Source of the DNA: Candidatus Dormiibacterota bacterium
GTDB taxonomy: Bacteria; Chloroflexota; Dormibacteria; CF-121
Reading direction: 5' to 3'
Assembly: GCA_036513555.1 (NCBI GenBank)
Contig: DATBYU010000114.1
Location: forward strand, 1 to 49,788
DNA length: 49,788 nucleotides
Part shown: one piece after another, positions 35,185 to 45,258 of the stretch
Position numbering within the stretch: the first letter of the stretch is position 1
Layout of the letters: each line of letters starts with the position of its first letter
The notes under the pieces: generated by a model
Told to the model about the DNA's origin: nothing
The model's input: only the letters and a program-made list of their open reading frames with translations
Database searches by the model: none
Made by a program: the position numbers and the translations under genes

Positions 35185-36852
35185 TTGCCCTCGACCCCGA
35201 GACCCGAGTACCCACGCCCGCGGCTCCGCCGGCGCGAATGGGCCAACCTCAACGGCACATGGCAGTTCGCCTTTGATTCACCCGACTTCGATCGATCGAT
35301 TGTCGTGCCGTTCGCCTATCAATCAGAGCTGTCCGGGATCGGCGAGCGCGCGCTCCACGACACAGTCTGGTACAGGCGTCGCTTCACGCCACCGGACACG
35401 GACCGGCTGGTGCTTCATTTCGGTGCAATCGACTACCAGGCGACGGTCTGGGTCAATGATATCGAGATTGCCCGCCACGAGGGAGGCCACACGCCATTCA
35501 GTGCCGACATCAGCGCCGTTGCACGTCCTGGCGACAACGAGCTGGTCGTGCGCGCTGATGACCCCGCGACCGACCGCACCTTGCCGCGCGGGAAGCAGTA
35601 CTGGCGCGAGGAACCAGAAGGGATCTTCTACACAGCCACGACTGGGATCTGGCAGACGGTCTGGCTGGAGCCGTTGCCGCCGCGTCATGTCACGTCACTG
35701 CGGCTGTGGCCCAAGCTCGATGAAGGCGTGCTGGAGTTCGACGTGGGGACCTCGGCTTCCGACGCCGACGTCGAGCTCAACGTCACGCTGCGGGGCCGGC
35801 GAGTCGGCGGGTTCACCGGCCGGCCCGGGCGTGGTCGTTTGTCCCTCGAAGAGGTGGAATCCTGGACTCCAGAGTCACCGGTTCTCTATGAGCTGGCCGT
35901 CGGGCTCGTCGACCAGGCCGGCCGCCACATTGATCGGGTCGAGAGTTATTTCGGCATGCGAACCATCCGAACGCGTGACGGCCGCTTTTTGTTGAATGGT
36001 GAGCCGTACATTCAAAGACTGGTACTAGACCAAGGGTACTATCCGGGCGGTTGGTACACGGCTGCCACCGATGCCGCTTTCCGTCGAGACATCGAGCTCG
36101 CGAAAGCCTTCGGCTTCAACGGCGCCCGCAAACACCAGAAGGTTGAAGACCCCCGCTGGCTGTACTGGGCGGATTTGCTCGGCTTCCTGGTCTGGGCCGA
36201 GATGCCCAACTTTCAGGAGCACAGCGCGCTGGCGGAACGGCGCCTGCTGGACGAGCTGGCCGCCGCCATTGAGCGGGACCGAGACCACCCATGCGTAGTG
36301 GCGTGGGTACCGATGAACGAAACCTTCGGTTTCCACCGGCCATTGCAAGAGCGGGTCGTCGCGACGTTACTCGACCGGCTTTACCGCCGGGCACATGAGC
36401 TCGATGGGACGAGGCCGGTCGTTTCGAATGACGGCTGGGAGCACGCGCTGACCGACCTGTGCACCCTGCACGACTACGGGGCCATGGCGGATCTACGGAG
36501 TGCGTACCGTACGCTCACGTCCGCCCTCCATTCCGGGAGTACGCTGCACCCGCCGTATCTTTCGGGCTATGCACATCGAGGCGAGCCGCTGCTTGTCAGC
36601 GAGTTCGGTGGCATAGCACTTCAGGGATCGGCCGGCTGGGGTTATAGCAAGACCGCCACGATCGATACGCTGGTGGACCGCTACCGGGAGATGGTCGGCG
36701 CGTTGATGGCCGAGGGGCCGGTTGAAGGGTTCTGCTACACGCAGCTCACCGACATCGAGCGGGAGCGCAATGGCCTCCTCACCTTCGACCGCCGGACGAA
36801 GGTCGACCCCGCGGTCCTGCTCCCGATCACCCAAACCGTGAAGCGGCGCTAA
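35185..36852 (+). CDS. Glycoside hydrolase family 2-like enzyme
   Basis: RPEYPRPRLRRREWANLNGTWQF N-terminus, sugar-binding-domain block HFGAIDYQATVWVNDIEIARHEGGHTPF, and TIM-barrel block NGARKHQK...WAEMPN. TTG start. Confidence 0.8.
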   Translation: MPSTPRPEYPRPRLRRREWANLNGTWQFAFDSPDFDRSIVVPFAYQSELSGIGERALHDTVWYRRRFTPPDTDRLVLHFGAIDYQATVWVNDIEIARHEGGHTPFSADISAVARPGDNELVVRADDPATDRTLPRGKQYWREEPEGIFYTATTGIWQTVWLEPLPPRHVTSLRLWPKLDEGVLEFDVGTSASDADVELNVTLRGRRVGGFTGRPGRGRLSLEEVESWTPESPVLYELAVGLVDQAGRHIDRVESYFGMRTIRTRDGRFLLNGEPYIQRLVLDQGYYPGGWYTAATDAAFRRDIELAKAFGFNGARKHQKVEDPRWLYWADLLGFLVWAEMPNFQEHSALAERRLLDELAAAIERDRDHPCVVAWVPMNETFGFHRPLQERVVATLLDRLYRRAHELDGTRPVVSNDGWEHALTDLCTLHDYGAMADLRSAYRTLTSALHSGSTLHPPYLSGYAHRGEPLLVSEFGGIALQGSAGWGYSKTATIDTLVDRYREMVGALMAEGPVEGFCYTQLTDIERERNGLLTFDRRTKVDPAVLLPITQTVKRR

Positions 36853-36889
36853 TACTTCCTAATGCTTGCGCCGGTGGGCGAGAATTCAT

Positions 36890-36919
36890 TGACAAAGCGG
36901 AGGGGCCGGTCATAGACTC
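36890..36919 (+). promoter_or_regulatory. Candidate promoter of the sugar ABC operon
   Basis: TTGACA, 18-nt spacer, TAGACT. Overlaps the first copy of a CCGGTCATAG direct repeat. Confidence 0.35.
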
Positions 36920-37001
36920 GCTGCGACGGGTCAAAGGGCGCGACCTAATATGACGGGCGATCGCGCCGGGCCGTGTCCCGGTCATAGGGAGGAAGGAATC
37001 A

Positions 37002-38306
37002 ATGCGAAGGCTAACCCGACTTCTGGCCGCGATGGCCATCGTGGTTCTCGGCGTCACCGCATGCGGTACCAGCAACCAAGCATCCGGAAAAATCGGTGGC
37101 ACCGTCCACATCCTGGGGACCTGGACCGGCGGCGAGAAGGATTCGTTCGACGCGGTTATGAAGCCGTTCACGGATCAGACCGGGATCAAGATTTCGTTCG
37201 AGGCCACCCGTGACCTCGATGCCATCCTCCAGACCAAGATCGCGGCCGGCAACCCGCCCGACGTGACTGGAGCCCCAGGCATCGGCACGCTGATCAAGCT
37301 CGCCCGCGCGGGCAAACTCCCGACGCTCGACGACAAGCTCGACGTGAGCGCGCTCAACGCGAACTACGGGGCGGACTGGATCAACCTCGGCAAGATCGAC
37401 GGCAAACTGTACACGCTCTATGCGTGGGCCTCGCTGAAGGGCCTGGTCTGGTACGACCCCAAGGCCTTTACGGCGAAGGGCTACCAGGTTCCCAAGACCT
37501 GGGACGCCCTGATCACGCTGCAGGACAAGATCAAGGCCGACGGCGGAAAGCCGTGGTGCGTGGCGTTGGAGAGTCAAGCCTCCTCCGGCTGGCCTGGGAG
37601 CGATTGGGTGAAGGAGATCGTGCTGAGCCAGTCTGGGTCAACGGTGTATGACAGCTGGTGGCAGGGCAAGACGAAGTGGACCTCGTCCGAGATCAAGCAG
37701 GCCTGGACGACTTGGGGCAAAGTCCTCGGCACCGGTGACGCTAATGTCTACGGCGGCGCGCAGTACATGGTGGCCACCACCTTCGGCGACGGCGGCCAGG
37801 GGCTGTTTACCAGTCCACCCAAGTGCTATATGTTCAACCAGGGCTCGTTCATCACCTCGTTCTTCGACGGCTATACTCCCAAGCCGACCGCTGGGACGGA
37901 CTACGCGGTCTTCGCATTGCCCGATGTCAACCCCGCGAATGCGGGCGCCCACGTGGTCTCCGGTGATGCCTTCGTTATGACGAAGGACACACCGCAGTCC
38001 CGAGCGCTGCTGAAATACCTGGCCACGGCGGAAGCGCAGGACATCTGGGTCAAGCGCGGCGGCGGCAAGATCGCGATCAACAAGCAGGTCAGCCTCAGTG
38101 ATTATCCGGATGCCATCTCGAAGTCTCTCGCCCAGGTCGTCGTTGACACCAAGATCGCGCGCTACGATGCGGGCGACCTGATGCCCAGCGACATGGGAAA
38201 GGCCTACTGGGGGGCCGTCCTCAAGTTCGTCCAGAACCAGGGTCAGCTCGATGCCATCCTGGCCGATCTGGACAAAACGCAGGTGGCGGCCTATGCGGCG
38301 CCATGA
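37002..38306 (+). CDS. Sugar ABC transporter substrate-binding lipoprotein (family 1 SBP)
   Basis: Lipobox-like LGVTAC, 434 aa, typical SBP_bac_1 composition. GGGAGGAAGG RBS. Confidence 0.9.
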   Translation: MRRLTRLLAAMAIVVLGVTACGTSNQASGKIGGTVHILGTWTGGEKDSFDAVMKPFTDQTGIKISFEATRDLDAILQTKIAAGNPPDVTGAPGIGTLIKLARAGKLPTLDDKLDVSALNANYGADWINLGKIDGKLYTLYAWASLKGLVWYDPKAFTAKGYQVPKTWDALITLQDKIKADGGKPWCVALESQASSGWPGSDWVKEIVLSQSGSTVYDSWWQGKTKWTSSEIKQAWTTWGKVLGTGDANVYGGAQYMVATTFGDGGQGLFTSPPKCYMFNQGSFITSFFDGYTPKPTAGTDYAVFALPDVNPANAGAHVVSGDAFVMTKDTPQSRALLKYLATAEAQDIWVKRGGGKIAINKQVSLSDYPDAISKSLAQVVVDTKIARYDAGDLMPSDMGKAYWGAVLKFVQNQGQLDAILADLDKTQVAAYAAP

Positions 38307-38335
38307 TGGGACACGCTCGCTGACGGGATAACGAC

Positions 38336-39373
38336 ATGGACGGGAGCTTAGGCTTGATCGCCCGGTTGCCGGCGCTCCAGGTCGACTGGGGGACGCTGGT
38401 ATCGGTCAATCTGCCGACGCTCCTGTTCGTGGTCCTGGGCGTCCCGCTGGCGCTGGTGGGCTACATCCTGGGTACCGACGTGCTGGTGCGACGGCTGCCG
38501 AAGCGCAGCCAGCCGTCGGTTCGTCCCTGGGTGTGGGTCGGACCGGCCATCCTCTTCGTCGGCCTAATCCTGGTCTACCCCATGGTCGGCACCATCGTGC
38601 GAAGTTTCTTCGACCGCCATGGCGACAAGTTCGTCGGACTGGACAACTTCCGTCTGATGCTCACCGATAACGGCGTGCTGATTGCCCTCAGAAACAACGT
38701 GTACTGGCTGGTCCTGTACACCGGGTTGGTACTGACATTCGGGCTTCTTCTGGCATTCCTCGCCGACCGGGTGCGATACGAAAAGACGGTCAAGACTCTG
38801 ATCTTCATGCCGATGGCCATCTCCTTTGTGGCGATGGCGGTCATCTGGCAGTTTGTCTATTACTACCGGCCGTCGGATGTCCCACAGACCGGGACCTTGA
38901 ACGGGATCCTGGTCAACATCTTCCACGGCCAGCCAATCACGTGGATTCAGGACACCCGATTCAACAACTTCGCCCTGATCCTCATCGGCGTCTGGGGCGC
39001 CACCGGCTTTGCCATGGTCATCCTTTCGGCGGCGCTCAAGGGCATCCCTGCGGAACTCCTGGAAGCCGCGCGCGTCGATGGTGCCAACGAACTCACGATC
39101 TTCCGGCGGGTCATCCTGCCGTTGATGATGCCCACCATCGTGGTGGTCGGCACCACCATGGTGATCTTCGCCCTCAAGGCCTTTGATGTCGTCTACGTGA
39201 TGACGGCCGGCAACTACAACACCGACATCCTGGCGAGGCGGATGTACGCCGAGCTCTACAGCGCCGGGAACAATGCGAACGCGAGCGCGCTCGCCGTGAT
39301 TTTGCTGCTGGCGGTGGTGCCGGTTTTGATTTTCAACCTGCGCCAATTCCGGGCCGTCGAGGAACGGCGATGA
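38336..39373 (+). CDS. Sugar ABC transporter permease (MalF/UgpA-like)
   Basis: Multi-TM protein with an EAA-loop region LEAARVDGANELTIFRRVILP. Confidence 0.9.
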   Translation: MDGSLGLIARLPALQVDWGTLVSVNLPTLLFVVLGVPLALVGYILGTDVLVRRLPKRSQPSVRPWVWVGPAILFVGLILVYPMVGTIVRSFFDRHGDKFVGLDNFRLMLTDNGVLIALRNNVYWLVLYTGLVLTFGLLLAFLADRVRYEKTVKTLIFMPMAISFVAMAVIWQFVYYYRPSDVPQTGTLNGILVNIFHGQPITWIQDTRFNNFALILIGVWGATGFAMVILSAALKGIPAELLEAARVDGANELTIFRRVILPLMMPTIVVVGTTMVIFALKAFDVVYVMTAGNYNTDILARRMYAELYSAGNNANASALAVILLLAVVPVLIFNLRQFRAVEERR

Positions 39374-40317
39374 GCGTCGCGACGGCGGCACCGCCAGCCG
39401 CCCCTCCAGTCCGTACCGCGACAAAGAGGCTGCGATGGTCCGAGCGGATCTCGGCGGGTGTCTCGAGCGCCGGCCTGAACGTGGCGGTCGTGGCGCTGAC
39501 GCTGGCCTGGATTGTGCCAACGCTGGGGCTGCTGATCAACTCGTTCCGGCAGGGCGGCGCGTTCAATACCAGCGGGTGGTGGACGGCGCTCGCGCCGCCA
39601 TTCAACTTCACCCTCGACAGCTATCGAGCCGTGCTCGGCGCCAGCGATCTCGCCCCCAGTTTCTTCAACAGCTTCATGATCACGATCCCCGCCACGCTCA
39701 TCCCGACCGCGATCGCGGCCTTCGCCGCCTATGCCTTCGCCTGGATGAAATTCTGGGGCCGGAACTGGATCTTCCTTGCACTTGTTGGACTGCTCGCGGT
39801 GCCGCTGCAACTGACGTTCATCCCACTGCTCACCCTCGCGGTCAAGCTGGGCCTCAATTCGGGCAACACGCTTCCTGGTGGCCTCAACGCCGGTTTTCTT
39901 GCCGTCTGGATTGCCCACACCGGCTACGGGTTGCCCTTTGCCATTTACCTGCTGGCAAACTTCTTCCGGGTGTTGCCGACGGACCTATTCGAATCGGCCG
40001 AGATCGACGGGGCCGGTCCGGTGACCGTATTCTTCCGCCTCGTCCTGCCGCTGTCCGTCCCGGCGTTGGCATCGCTGATCATCTTCCAGTTTCTCTGGGT
40101 CTGGAATGATCTGCTGGTGGCGTTGATCTATGTCGGCGGTACGCCAGAAGTCGCCCCACTGACGGTGACCCTGACCAACCTGGTTGGCTCGCTTGGGCAG
40201 CACCGAGAGTACCTCACGGCGGCGGCCTTCGTGTCGATGATCGTGCCCCTGATCGTGTTCTTCACCCTCCAGCGCTACTTCGTTCGGGGGATCCTGGCCG
40301 GGTCGGTCAAGGGCTAG
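39370..40317 (+). CDS. Sugar ABC transporter permease (MalG/UgpE-like)
   Basis: ATGA overlap with the upstream permease. EAA loop FESAEIDGAGPVTVFFRLVLP. Confidence 0.9.
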   Translation: MSVATAAPPAAPPVRTATKRLRWSERISAGVSSAGLNVAVVALTLAWIVPTLGLLINSFRQGGAFNTSGWWTALAPPFNFTLDSYRAVLGASDLAPSFFNSFMITIPATLIPTAIAAFAAYAFAWMKFWGRNWIFLALVGLLAVPLQLTFIPLLTLAVKLGLNSGNTLPGGLNAGFLAVWIAHTGYGLPFAIYLLANFFRVLPTDLFESAEIDGAGPVTVFFRLVLPLSVPALASLIIFQFLWVWNDLLVALIYVGGTPEVAPLTVTLTNLVGSLGQHREYLTAAAFVSMIVPLIVFFTLQRYFVRGILAGSVKG

Positions 40318-40323
40318 CTGCGC

Positions 40324-41001
40324 TCAGCGCCGCGTCAGCACCATCGCGAGCAGCGTCATGGTCAGCAAGAGGGGAATCGCCATGATCGCCAGTGTGAGGA
40401 GCAGGAAGAGATTCGGCGAATCGCCCGTGGTTCCTGTGTCCGCGGCAATCCGTGCTTCCTGCTGCGAGGGCGCGATCGCCGCTGCCTGAGCTGATCCGGT
40501 CGGTGCCACGGCCGTAATAGGTAGCGTACTAGCGTCCGGTGCGGCTGCATTCGGCGGTGGCGCCGGTGGTGGCACTGGCGGAGTTGCCGTGGCGTTTACT
40601 GTCGGCGTTGGTTGCGGGGCGGGCGTCGGGGACGGCGTTTCGGTCGGCGCCGGCGTTGGTGACGCCGACGGCGAGGGGGTTGGCGGCGGGGTTGGCAGCG
40701 GGGTTGGCGTTGGTGGTGGGGTTGGCGTCGGTGTCGGCGTTGGTGGCGGTGTCGGTGGTGGTGTGGGCGTCGGCGTCGGCCTCGGTGTGGGGGTTGGCGT
40801 CGGCCGTGGCGTGGGCCGCGGGGTGGGCGAGGGCCAATCCGTATCCGACGGAGGCGGGGTCGGTACGAGGGACGGCAGCGCCACGGCCGCCGGGTTCAAT
40901 GCCCACGCCTCGCCCGCCAGCACGAGGCCACCAAGTGCTCCGCAGGCGGCAAACAGCAGCAATGCAACGGCGAGCGTGACCGTACGCTGGCGCCCATCCA
41001 T
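40324..41001 (-). CDS. Pro/Thr-rich envelope protein with N-terminal and C-terminal hydrophobic helices
   Basis: N-terminal TM, about 100 aa of (P-T/P-x) low-complexity sequence, then a C-terminal TM ending in TRR. Confidence 0.6.
   Translation of the reverse strand: MDGRQRTVTLAVALLLFAACGALGGLVLAGEAWALNPAAVALPSLVPTPPPSDTDWPSPTPRPTPRPTPTPTPRPTPTPTPPPTPPPTPTPTPTPPPTPTPLPTPPPTPSPSASPTPAPTETPSPTPAPQPTPTVNATATPPVPPPAPPPNAAAPDASTLPITAVAPTGSAQAAAIAPSQQEARIAADTGTTGDSPNLFLLLTLAIMAIPLLLTMTLLAMVLTRR
40550..40865. repeat. Low-complexity GC-rich microrepeat DNA encoding PTP repeats
   Basis: Reiterated GGCGTTGG/GGTGGTGG-type units on the plus strand. They lie within the CDS at 40324-41001. Confidence 0.6.
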
Positions 41002-41101
41002 TCCTTCCCCTCGCCTCCTGCCCGGATATTCCTTCCGAAATGATACGCAGTGTGACGAGAAAAGGACAGACCGTGAGACTGGCGGTCCCGCCTACCATTA
41101 A

Positions 41102-41857
41102 GTGGTGCCCTCCTCAGACCGAGTCGCCGTGGTGACGGGAGCGAGCTCGGGAATCGGCGAGGCCACCGCGCGCGGCCTCGCCCGCGAAGGCTTCACCCTG
41201 GTGCTCGGGGCGCGTCGGGAGGACCGCCTCGGCGCGGTTGCGAAGGAGCTCGGGGGACTGGCCATTCCCCTCGATGTCCGGGATCTCAGCAGCATCCAGA
41301 CCTTCGTTCGAACCATTGAAGCCCGATATCCGCAGGTCGAGATCTTGATCAACAACGCGGGGCTGGCAGCCGGGCTGCAACCGCTCGCCGACGGCAACGA
41401 CGACGACTGGGTGCAGATGATGGAGACCAATGTGCTGGGCCTGCTTCGGGTGACCAAGGCCATGCTCCCGCTGCTTCGGCGCGCCCCTCGCGCTCATATC
41501 GTCAATCTCGGCTCCGTCGCCGGCTTTGAGGTCTACCCCGGCGGCGTCGGTTACACCGCGAGCAAGCACGCCGTACGGGCCATCACCAAGACCCTCCGGC
41601 TGGAGCTTCTCGGCGAGCCCATCCGGGTGACCGAGATCGAGCCAGGCATGGTGGAGACCGAGTTCAGCCTGGTGCGATTCAAGGGCGACGAGCAGCGCGC
41701 CGCCGCGGTCTACCAGGGCATGAAGCCGATGACCGGGGCCGATGTCGCTGACTGCATCATCTGGGCCGTGACTCGCCCACCCCACGTGAACGTCGACGAG
41801 ATGGTGGTCCGCCCGATCGCGCAAGCCACCGTCCGGGACGTCGCTCGCAAAGGCTGA
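41102..41857 (+). CDS. Short-chain dehydrogenase/reductase (SDR)
   Basis: VVTGASSGIG cofactor motif, NNAG, and the YTASK catalytic motif. GTG start. Confidence 0.9.
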   Translation: MVPSSDRVAVVTGASSGIGEATARGLAREGFTLVLGARREDRLGAVAKELGGLAIPLDVRDLSSIQTFVRTIEARYPQVEILINNAGLAAGLQPLADGNDDDWVQMMETNVLGLLRVTKAMLPLLRRAPRAHIVNLGSVAGFEVYPGGVGYTASKHAVRAITKTLRLELLGEPIRVTEIEPGMVETEFSLVRFKGDEQRAAAVYQGMKPMTGADVADCIIWAVTRPPHVNVDEMVVRPIAQATVRDVARKG

Positions 41858-41935
41858 GCGCCCGGCCGCTTATACACAACCCTTCCACATATGCACACGG
41901 GCTCGGATTTCTCTGAGTGAACTACGCAGTCAATA

Positions 41936-41964
41936 TTGACGCCGGGACAGGCAACTGATATGAT
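41936..41964 (+). promoter_or_regulatory. Sigma-70-like promoter for a small membrane protein gene
   Basis: TTGACG, 17-nt spacer, TATGAT. An AGGGAGG RBS follows before the ATG at 42004. Confidence 0.5.
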
Positions 41965-42003
41965 AGCGACGGTATCACCTAAACACGTACCAGGGAGGTA
42001 ATT

Positions 42004-42219
42004 ATGGCAGTCGTTCATGAGCATGACGATGGCGACGGTGGCTCGAGCGCGGCGGTGGTGGCGATCTTCCTGATCGCGATGATCGTGATCCTGGCGATCC
42101 TCTTCTATGGCTTCGCGGTCGGACACTGGTTCGGCGTCGGCGGTGGCAACACGACCATCATCAACCCGCCGTCGAGCGCACCGTCAATCGCGGCCTCGGC
42201 CTCGGTGTCGCCCTCGTAA
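42004..42219 (+). CDS. Small membrane protein (71 aa, hypothetical)
   Basis: Acidic N-terminus, one strong TM (AAVVAIFLIAMIVILAILFYGF), and a Ser/Ala-rich tail. Flanked by a promoter and a terminator. Confidence 0.55.
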   Translation: MAVVHEHDDGDGGSSAAVVAIFLIAMIVILAILFYGFAVGHWFGVGGGNTTIINPPSSAPSIAASASVSPS

Positions 42220-42245
42220 TTCTGAAGCAGCCCAGGAAAGGAAAA

Positions 42246-42269
42246 GACCGGCGCGGGCCGGTCTTTTTT
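42246..42269 (+). terminator. Rho-independent terminator
   Basis: GACCGGC-GCGG-GCCGGTC followed by TTTTTT. Confidence 0.7.
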
Positions 42270-42376
42270 CTTCTCGGTCAGCGGACCGGTGGCGGCGCCC
42301 AATGTGACGCCGCCCGATCGTGCGCTGCAACGATCCCGTAACGGGATGCGAAAGGTCGGTGACGGACAATGCCGGC

Positions 42377-42559
42377 ATGTATCTGGATGGACTCATTGCG
42401 TACGTCCGTCGTTCGACGCGGAGCGAGCGCGGCCAGGGAATGGTCGAGTACGCGCTAATCCTGGTCTTGATCGCGGTAGTCGTGATCGTGATGCTGATCG
42501 TCCTGGGTAACCAGGTTGCCAACGTCTTCTGCAACATCAGCGGGGCGATCGGGCAGTAG
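42377..42559 (+). CDS. Flp/Fap-family type IVb pilin
   Basis: ERGQGMVEYALILVLIAVVVIVMLIVLG is the Flp signature (G/xEY cleavage context). ATG at 42377 lies inside the longer track ORF. Confidence 0.75.
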   Translation: MYLDGLIAYVRRSTRSERGQGMVEYALILVLIAVVVIVMLIVLGNQVANVFCNISGAIGQ

Positions 42560-42580
42560 CCGGGCCGGTAGGCTCTTGGC

Positions 42581-43177
42581 ATGCGCAGCGGGTGCAGCCT
42601 CGTGATCCTGGCGGGCGGGCTCAGCCGCCGCATGGGCCACGACAAGGCGACCTTGCCGGCGGGCGACGGTACGTTTATCGAGCACCTCGCTCGCCGGCTG
42701 GCGCCCGTGGTCGACGAGACGATCATCGCCGGGGGATCGGTCCGCCCGCCGTTTGAGGGCGCGCGCGTCGTTCCCGACCATCAGCCCGGCCTCGGACCGC
42801 TCGCCGGGATGTTTGCCGGTTTGACCGCGGCGAAAGAGCGGCATGTCTGGGTGGTTGGCTGTGATCTGCCCGACGTCGAACCGGCGCTGGGCGGCCTACT
42901 CCGCGCGCTGGCCGGCGATTACGAAGCGGTGGTGCCCCGCCCTGACCAGGAGCCCGAGGGTGTGTGCGCGCTGTATGTCCGCGAGCTGGCGCCGCGGATC
43001 GAAATGCTGCTCGAGGCCGGCGAGCGAAGCATCAAGAGCCTGCTCGAGCGCAGCATCGTTCGCTATGTCGCGTCAGCCGAGCTACGCGCGGTGGATCCCG
43101 AGCTGCGCTCCTTTCGCAACGTCAATACCCCGGCGGACTACGAGGGCTGGCTCAAGACGCAACCGCTCTCGCGCTGA
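42581..43177 (+). CDS. mobA: Molybdenum cofactor guanylyltransferase
   Basis: [21 protein letters not shown]-terminal motif; about 198 aa. Confidence 0.8.
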   Translation: MRSGCSLVILAGGLSRRMGHDKATLPAGDGTFIEHLARRLAPVVDETIIAGGSVRPPFEGARVVPDHQPGLGPLAGMFAGLTAAKERHVWVVGCDLPDVEPALGGLLRALAGDYEAVVPRPDQEPEGVCALYVRELAPRIEMLLEAGERSIKSLLERSIVRYVASAELRAVDPELRSFRNVNTPADYEGWLKTQPLSR

Positions 43178-45176
43178 ACGCATCAAGCTGGCGTTCCAGC
43201 TCCGCTGGGTCCGTGGTGGGCGTCTGGCAGACGAAGCCCTCGCAGAGATAGGCAGTCACCTTTCCACCAATCGCGGTTCGGTCGCTGAGCAACGGCAGCG
43301 GCTGAAGCGGTCGGCCGGGCGGGGCGACGGCGACCAGTCGGTTCGGCAGGTACCGCGCTCTGATCACCTCCAGAAACTCCCCGGCTTGCGGCTCCGCGGG
43401 CTCAGCGATCACCGCCAGCTCGACCGGCCGGCCCAGGTGGAAATCCATCGCCGCGAGGAGTCGGCCAAACGCCTGCGGCGCCTTGGCCGCGGTCGGTGCC
43501 AGCCGCTCGAGGGTGGCGCGGGCGCGGTCGATCCATGATTGTTCGCCGAAGAGCATGCCGGCGCGCAGCAAGACATCGACGGCCATCGAGGTCCCCGACG
43601 GCACCGCATTGTCGGTCACGTCCTGGGGTCGCACCACGAGCCGCTCCTGGTCTGCGGCGGTATCGAAGAATGCGGCCTCGACGTCGTCCCAAAATGCGGT
43701 CAGCATTTCCACCAGCAGGCCATGGACCTCGTCGAGCCAGATTGGATTGAAGGTTGCTTCGTACAGGCTCAGCAGTCCATCGGCGACCGCCGCCTGGTCC
43801 TCGAGGTAGCCAGCGAGTGGAGCTCGACCATCCTTGTAGCTGCGTCGCATTCGATGGGACGTACGCATCTGGGACAGCAGGAACGCAGCGTTGGCTTCGG
43901 CGACGGCGACCAGGTGGGGCCGGCGCAGCACGCGCCCCGCCTCGGCAAACGCCCGCAACATCAGTCCGTTCCACCCCGCGATAACCTTTTCGTCGCGATG
44001 CGGCCGGACGCGTTGCGCGCGCGCCGACAATAGCCGATCCCTGGCCGCGGCAAGCAGGTCGATCGCGCCTGGCGAGACCGGATGAAGAATATTGTGGCCT
44101 TCGAAATTGCCTTCAGGTGTGACATCGAAGGCCCGAGCCAACGCGGCACCCTGCTCCGGACCGAGTACCGCGTCGAGCTCCGCTGGGGTCCAAAGATAGA
44201 AGCGCCCCTCTTCGCCTTCGGTGTCGGCGTCGAGGCTGGCGTAGAAGCCCCCCTCCGGTGCTGTCATCTCGCGTTGCACGAAGGCGAGCGTCTCCTCAAC
44301 GACCCGGGCAAATACCGGGTCCTTTGTCAGCTGCCAGGCATCGAGATAGACGCGGGCCAGCAGGGCGTTGTCGTAAAGCATCTTCTCGAAGTGGGGAACG
44401 AGCCAGCGGTCGTCGACACTGTAGCGGTGAAAGCCACCGCCCAGCTGGTCATACATGCCGCCGGCGGCCATCGCGCGCAGCGTGTCGGTCGCCATCTGGA
44501 GCGCGGCCGGTTGGCCGCTCCGGACGTGGGTGCGCAGCAGAAACTCGAGCAGCATCGGCTGAGGAAATTTGGGTGCGCCGCCGAAGCCGCCGTGGGCGGC
44601 ATCGTAATCGCGGGCCAGTCGCGTGTACGCCTCGTCGAGCAGGGTCGGGTCCAGCGTCCCCGCCGCCAGCGGCAGCGCTGGACGCTTCAAGAACTCGCGG
44701 ACCTGGTCGGCCGTCTGGTCGACTTCCTGCTGCCGGTTTGCAAAGGCATCGGCTACGGCGGCCAGGACGCGACGAAAAGAGGGCATGCCGAACCGCTCGC
44801 TGGACGGGAAGTAGGTGCCGGCGAAGAAGGGCGTTCCGTCGGGCAGCAGAAAGACGGTCATGGGCCATCCGCCGGAACCCGTCATCGCCTGCACCGCTCG
44901 CATGTAGACCTGGTCGAGGTCCGGCCGTTCTTCACGGTCGACCTTGATGGCAACGAAATCCCGGTTCATCGCCGCCGCCGTCTCTTCGTCTTCAAAAGAC
45001 TCGCGGGCCATCACATGACACCAGTGACAGGCGCTATAGCCGATGCTTAGCAGGATCGGTCTGTTTTCGGTCCGCGCCCTGGCCAGGGCCTCGGCACCCC
45101 ACGGGTACCAGTCGACTGGATTCTGGGCGTGTTCCAGCAGATACGGACTCGTCTCCCCCGCCAGCCGATTGCCCAT
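43152..45176 (-). CDS. Thioredoxin-domain protein (DUF255/YyaL family) with six-hairpin glycosidase-like domain
   Basis: [20 protein letters not shown] and [12 protein letters not shown] are family hallmarks. Confidence 0.9.
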   Translation of the reverse strand: MGNRLAGETSPYLLEHAQNPVDWYPWGAEALARARTENRPILLSIGYSACHWCHVMARESFEDEETAAAMNRDFVAIKVDREERPDLDQVYMRAVQAMTGSGGWPMTVFLLPDGTPFFAGTYFPSSERFGMPSFRRVLAAVADAFANRQQEVDQTADQVREFLKRPALPLAAGTLDPTLLDEAYTRLARDYDAAHGGFGGAPKFPQPMLLEFLLRTHVRSGQPAALQMATDTLRAMAAGGMYDQLGGGFHRYSVDDRWLVPHFEKMLYDNALLARVYLDAWQLTKDPVFARVVEETLAFVQREMTAPEGGFYASLDADTEGEEGRFYLWTPAELDAVLGPEQGAALARAFDVTPEGNFEGHNILHPVSPGAIDLLAAARDRLLSARAQRVRPHRDEKVIAGWNGLMLRAFAEAGRVLRRPHLVAVAEANAAFLLSQMRTSHRMRRSYKDGRAPLAGYLEDQAAVADGLLSLYEATFNPIWLDEVHGLLVEMLTAFWDDVEAAFFDTAADQERLVVRPQDVTDNAVPSGTSMAVDVLLRAGMLFGEQSWIDRARATLERLAPTAAKAPQAFGRLLAAMDFHLGRPVELAVIAEPAEPQAGEFLEVIRARYLPNRLVAVAPPGRPLQPLPLLSDRTAIGGKVTAYLCEGFVCQTPTTDPAELERQLDAFSARAVAS

Positions 45177-45258
45177 TCGACCACTCTAGCGGCCCTCCTC
45201 CGAACGGCCGTTGTAATGGGCCACATGGACTACCGGCTCGAAATGGAGGGCTCGTAGC

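Noticed and set aside
38564-39520. 318-aa antisense ORF over the ABC permease genes, and similar ones at 44082-45050 and 47739-48698
   Set aside because: The sense frames encode multi-TM permease, YyaL and LCP proteins with family motifs. The antisense frames are charged low-complexity artefacts.
40550-40865. Highly repetitive DNA that could superficially resemble a repeat array
   Set aside because: The units are short (6-12 nt), degenerate and in-frame within a Pro/Thr-rich CDS. There is no repeat-spacer organisation, so it is not a CRISPR array. No CRISPR array was seen anywhere in the window.
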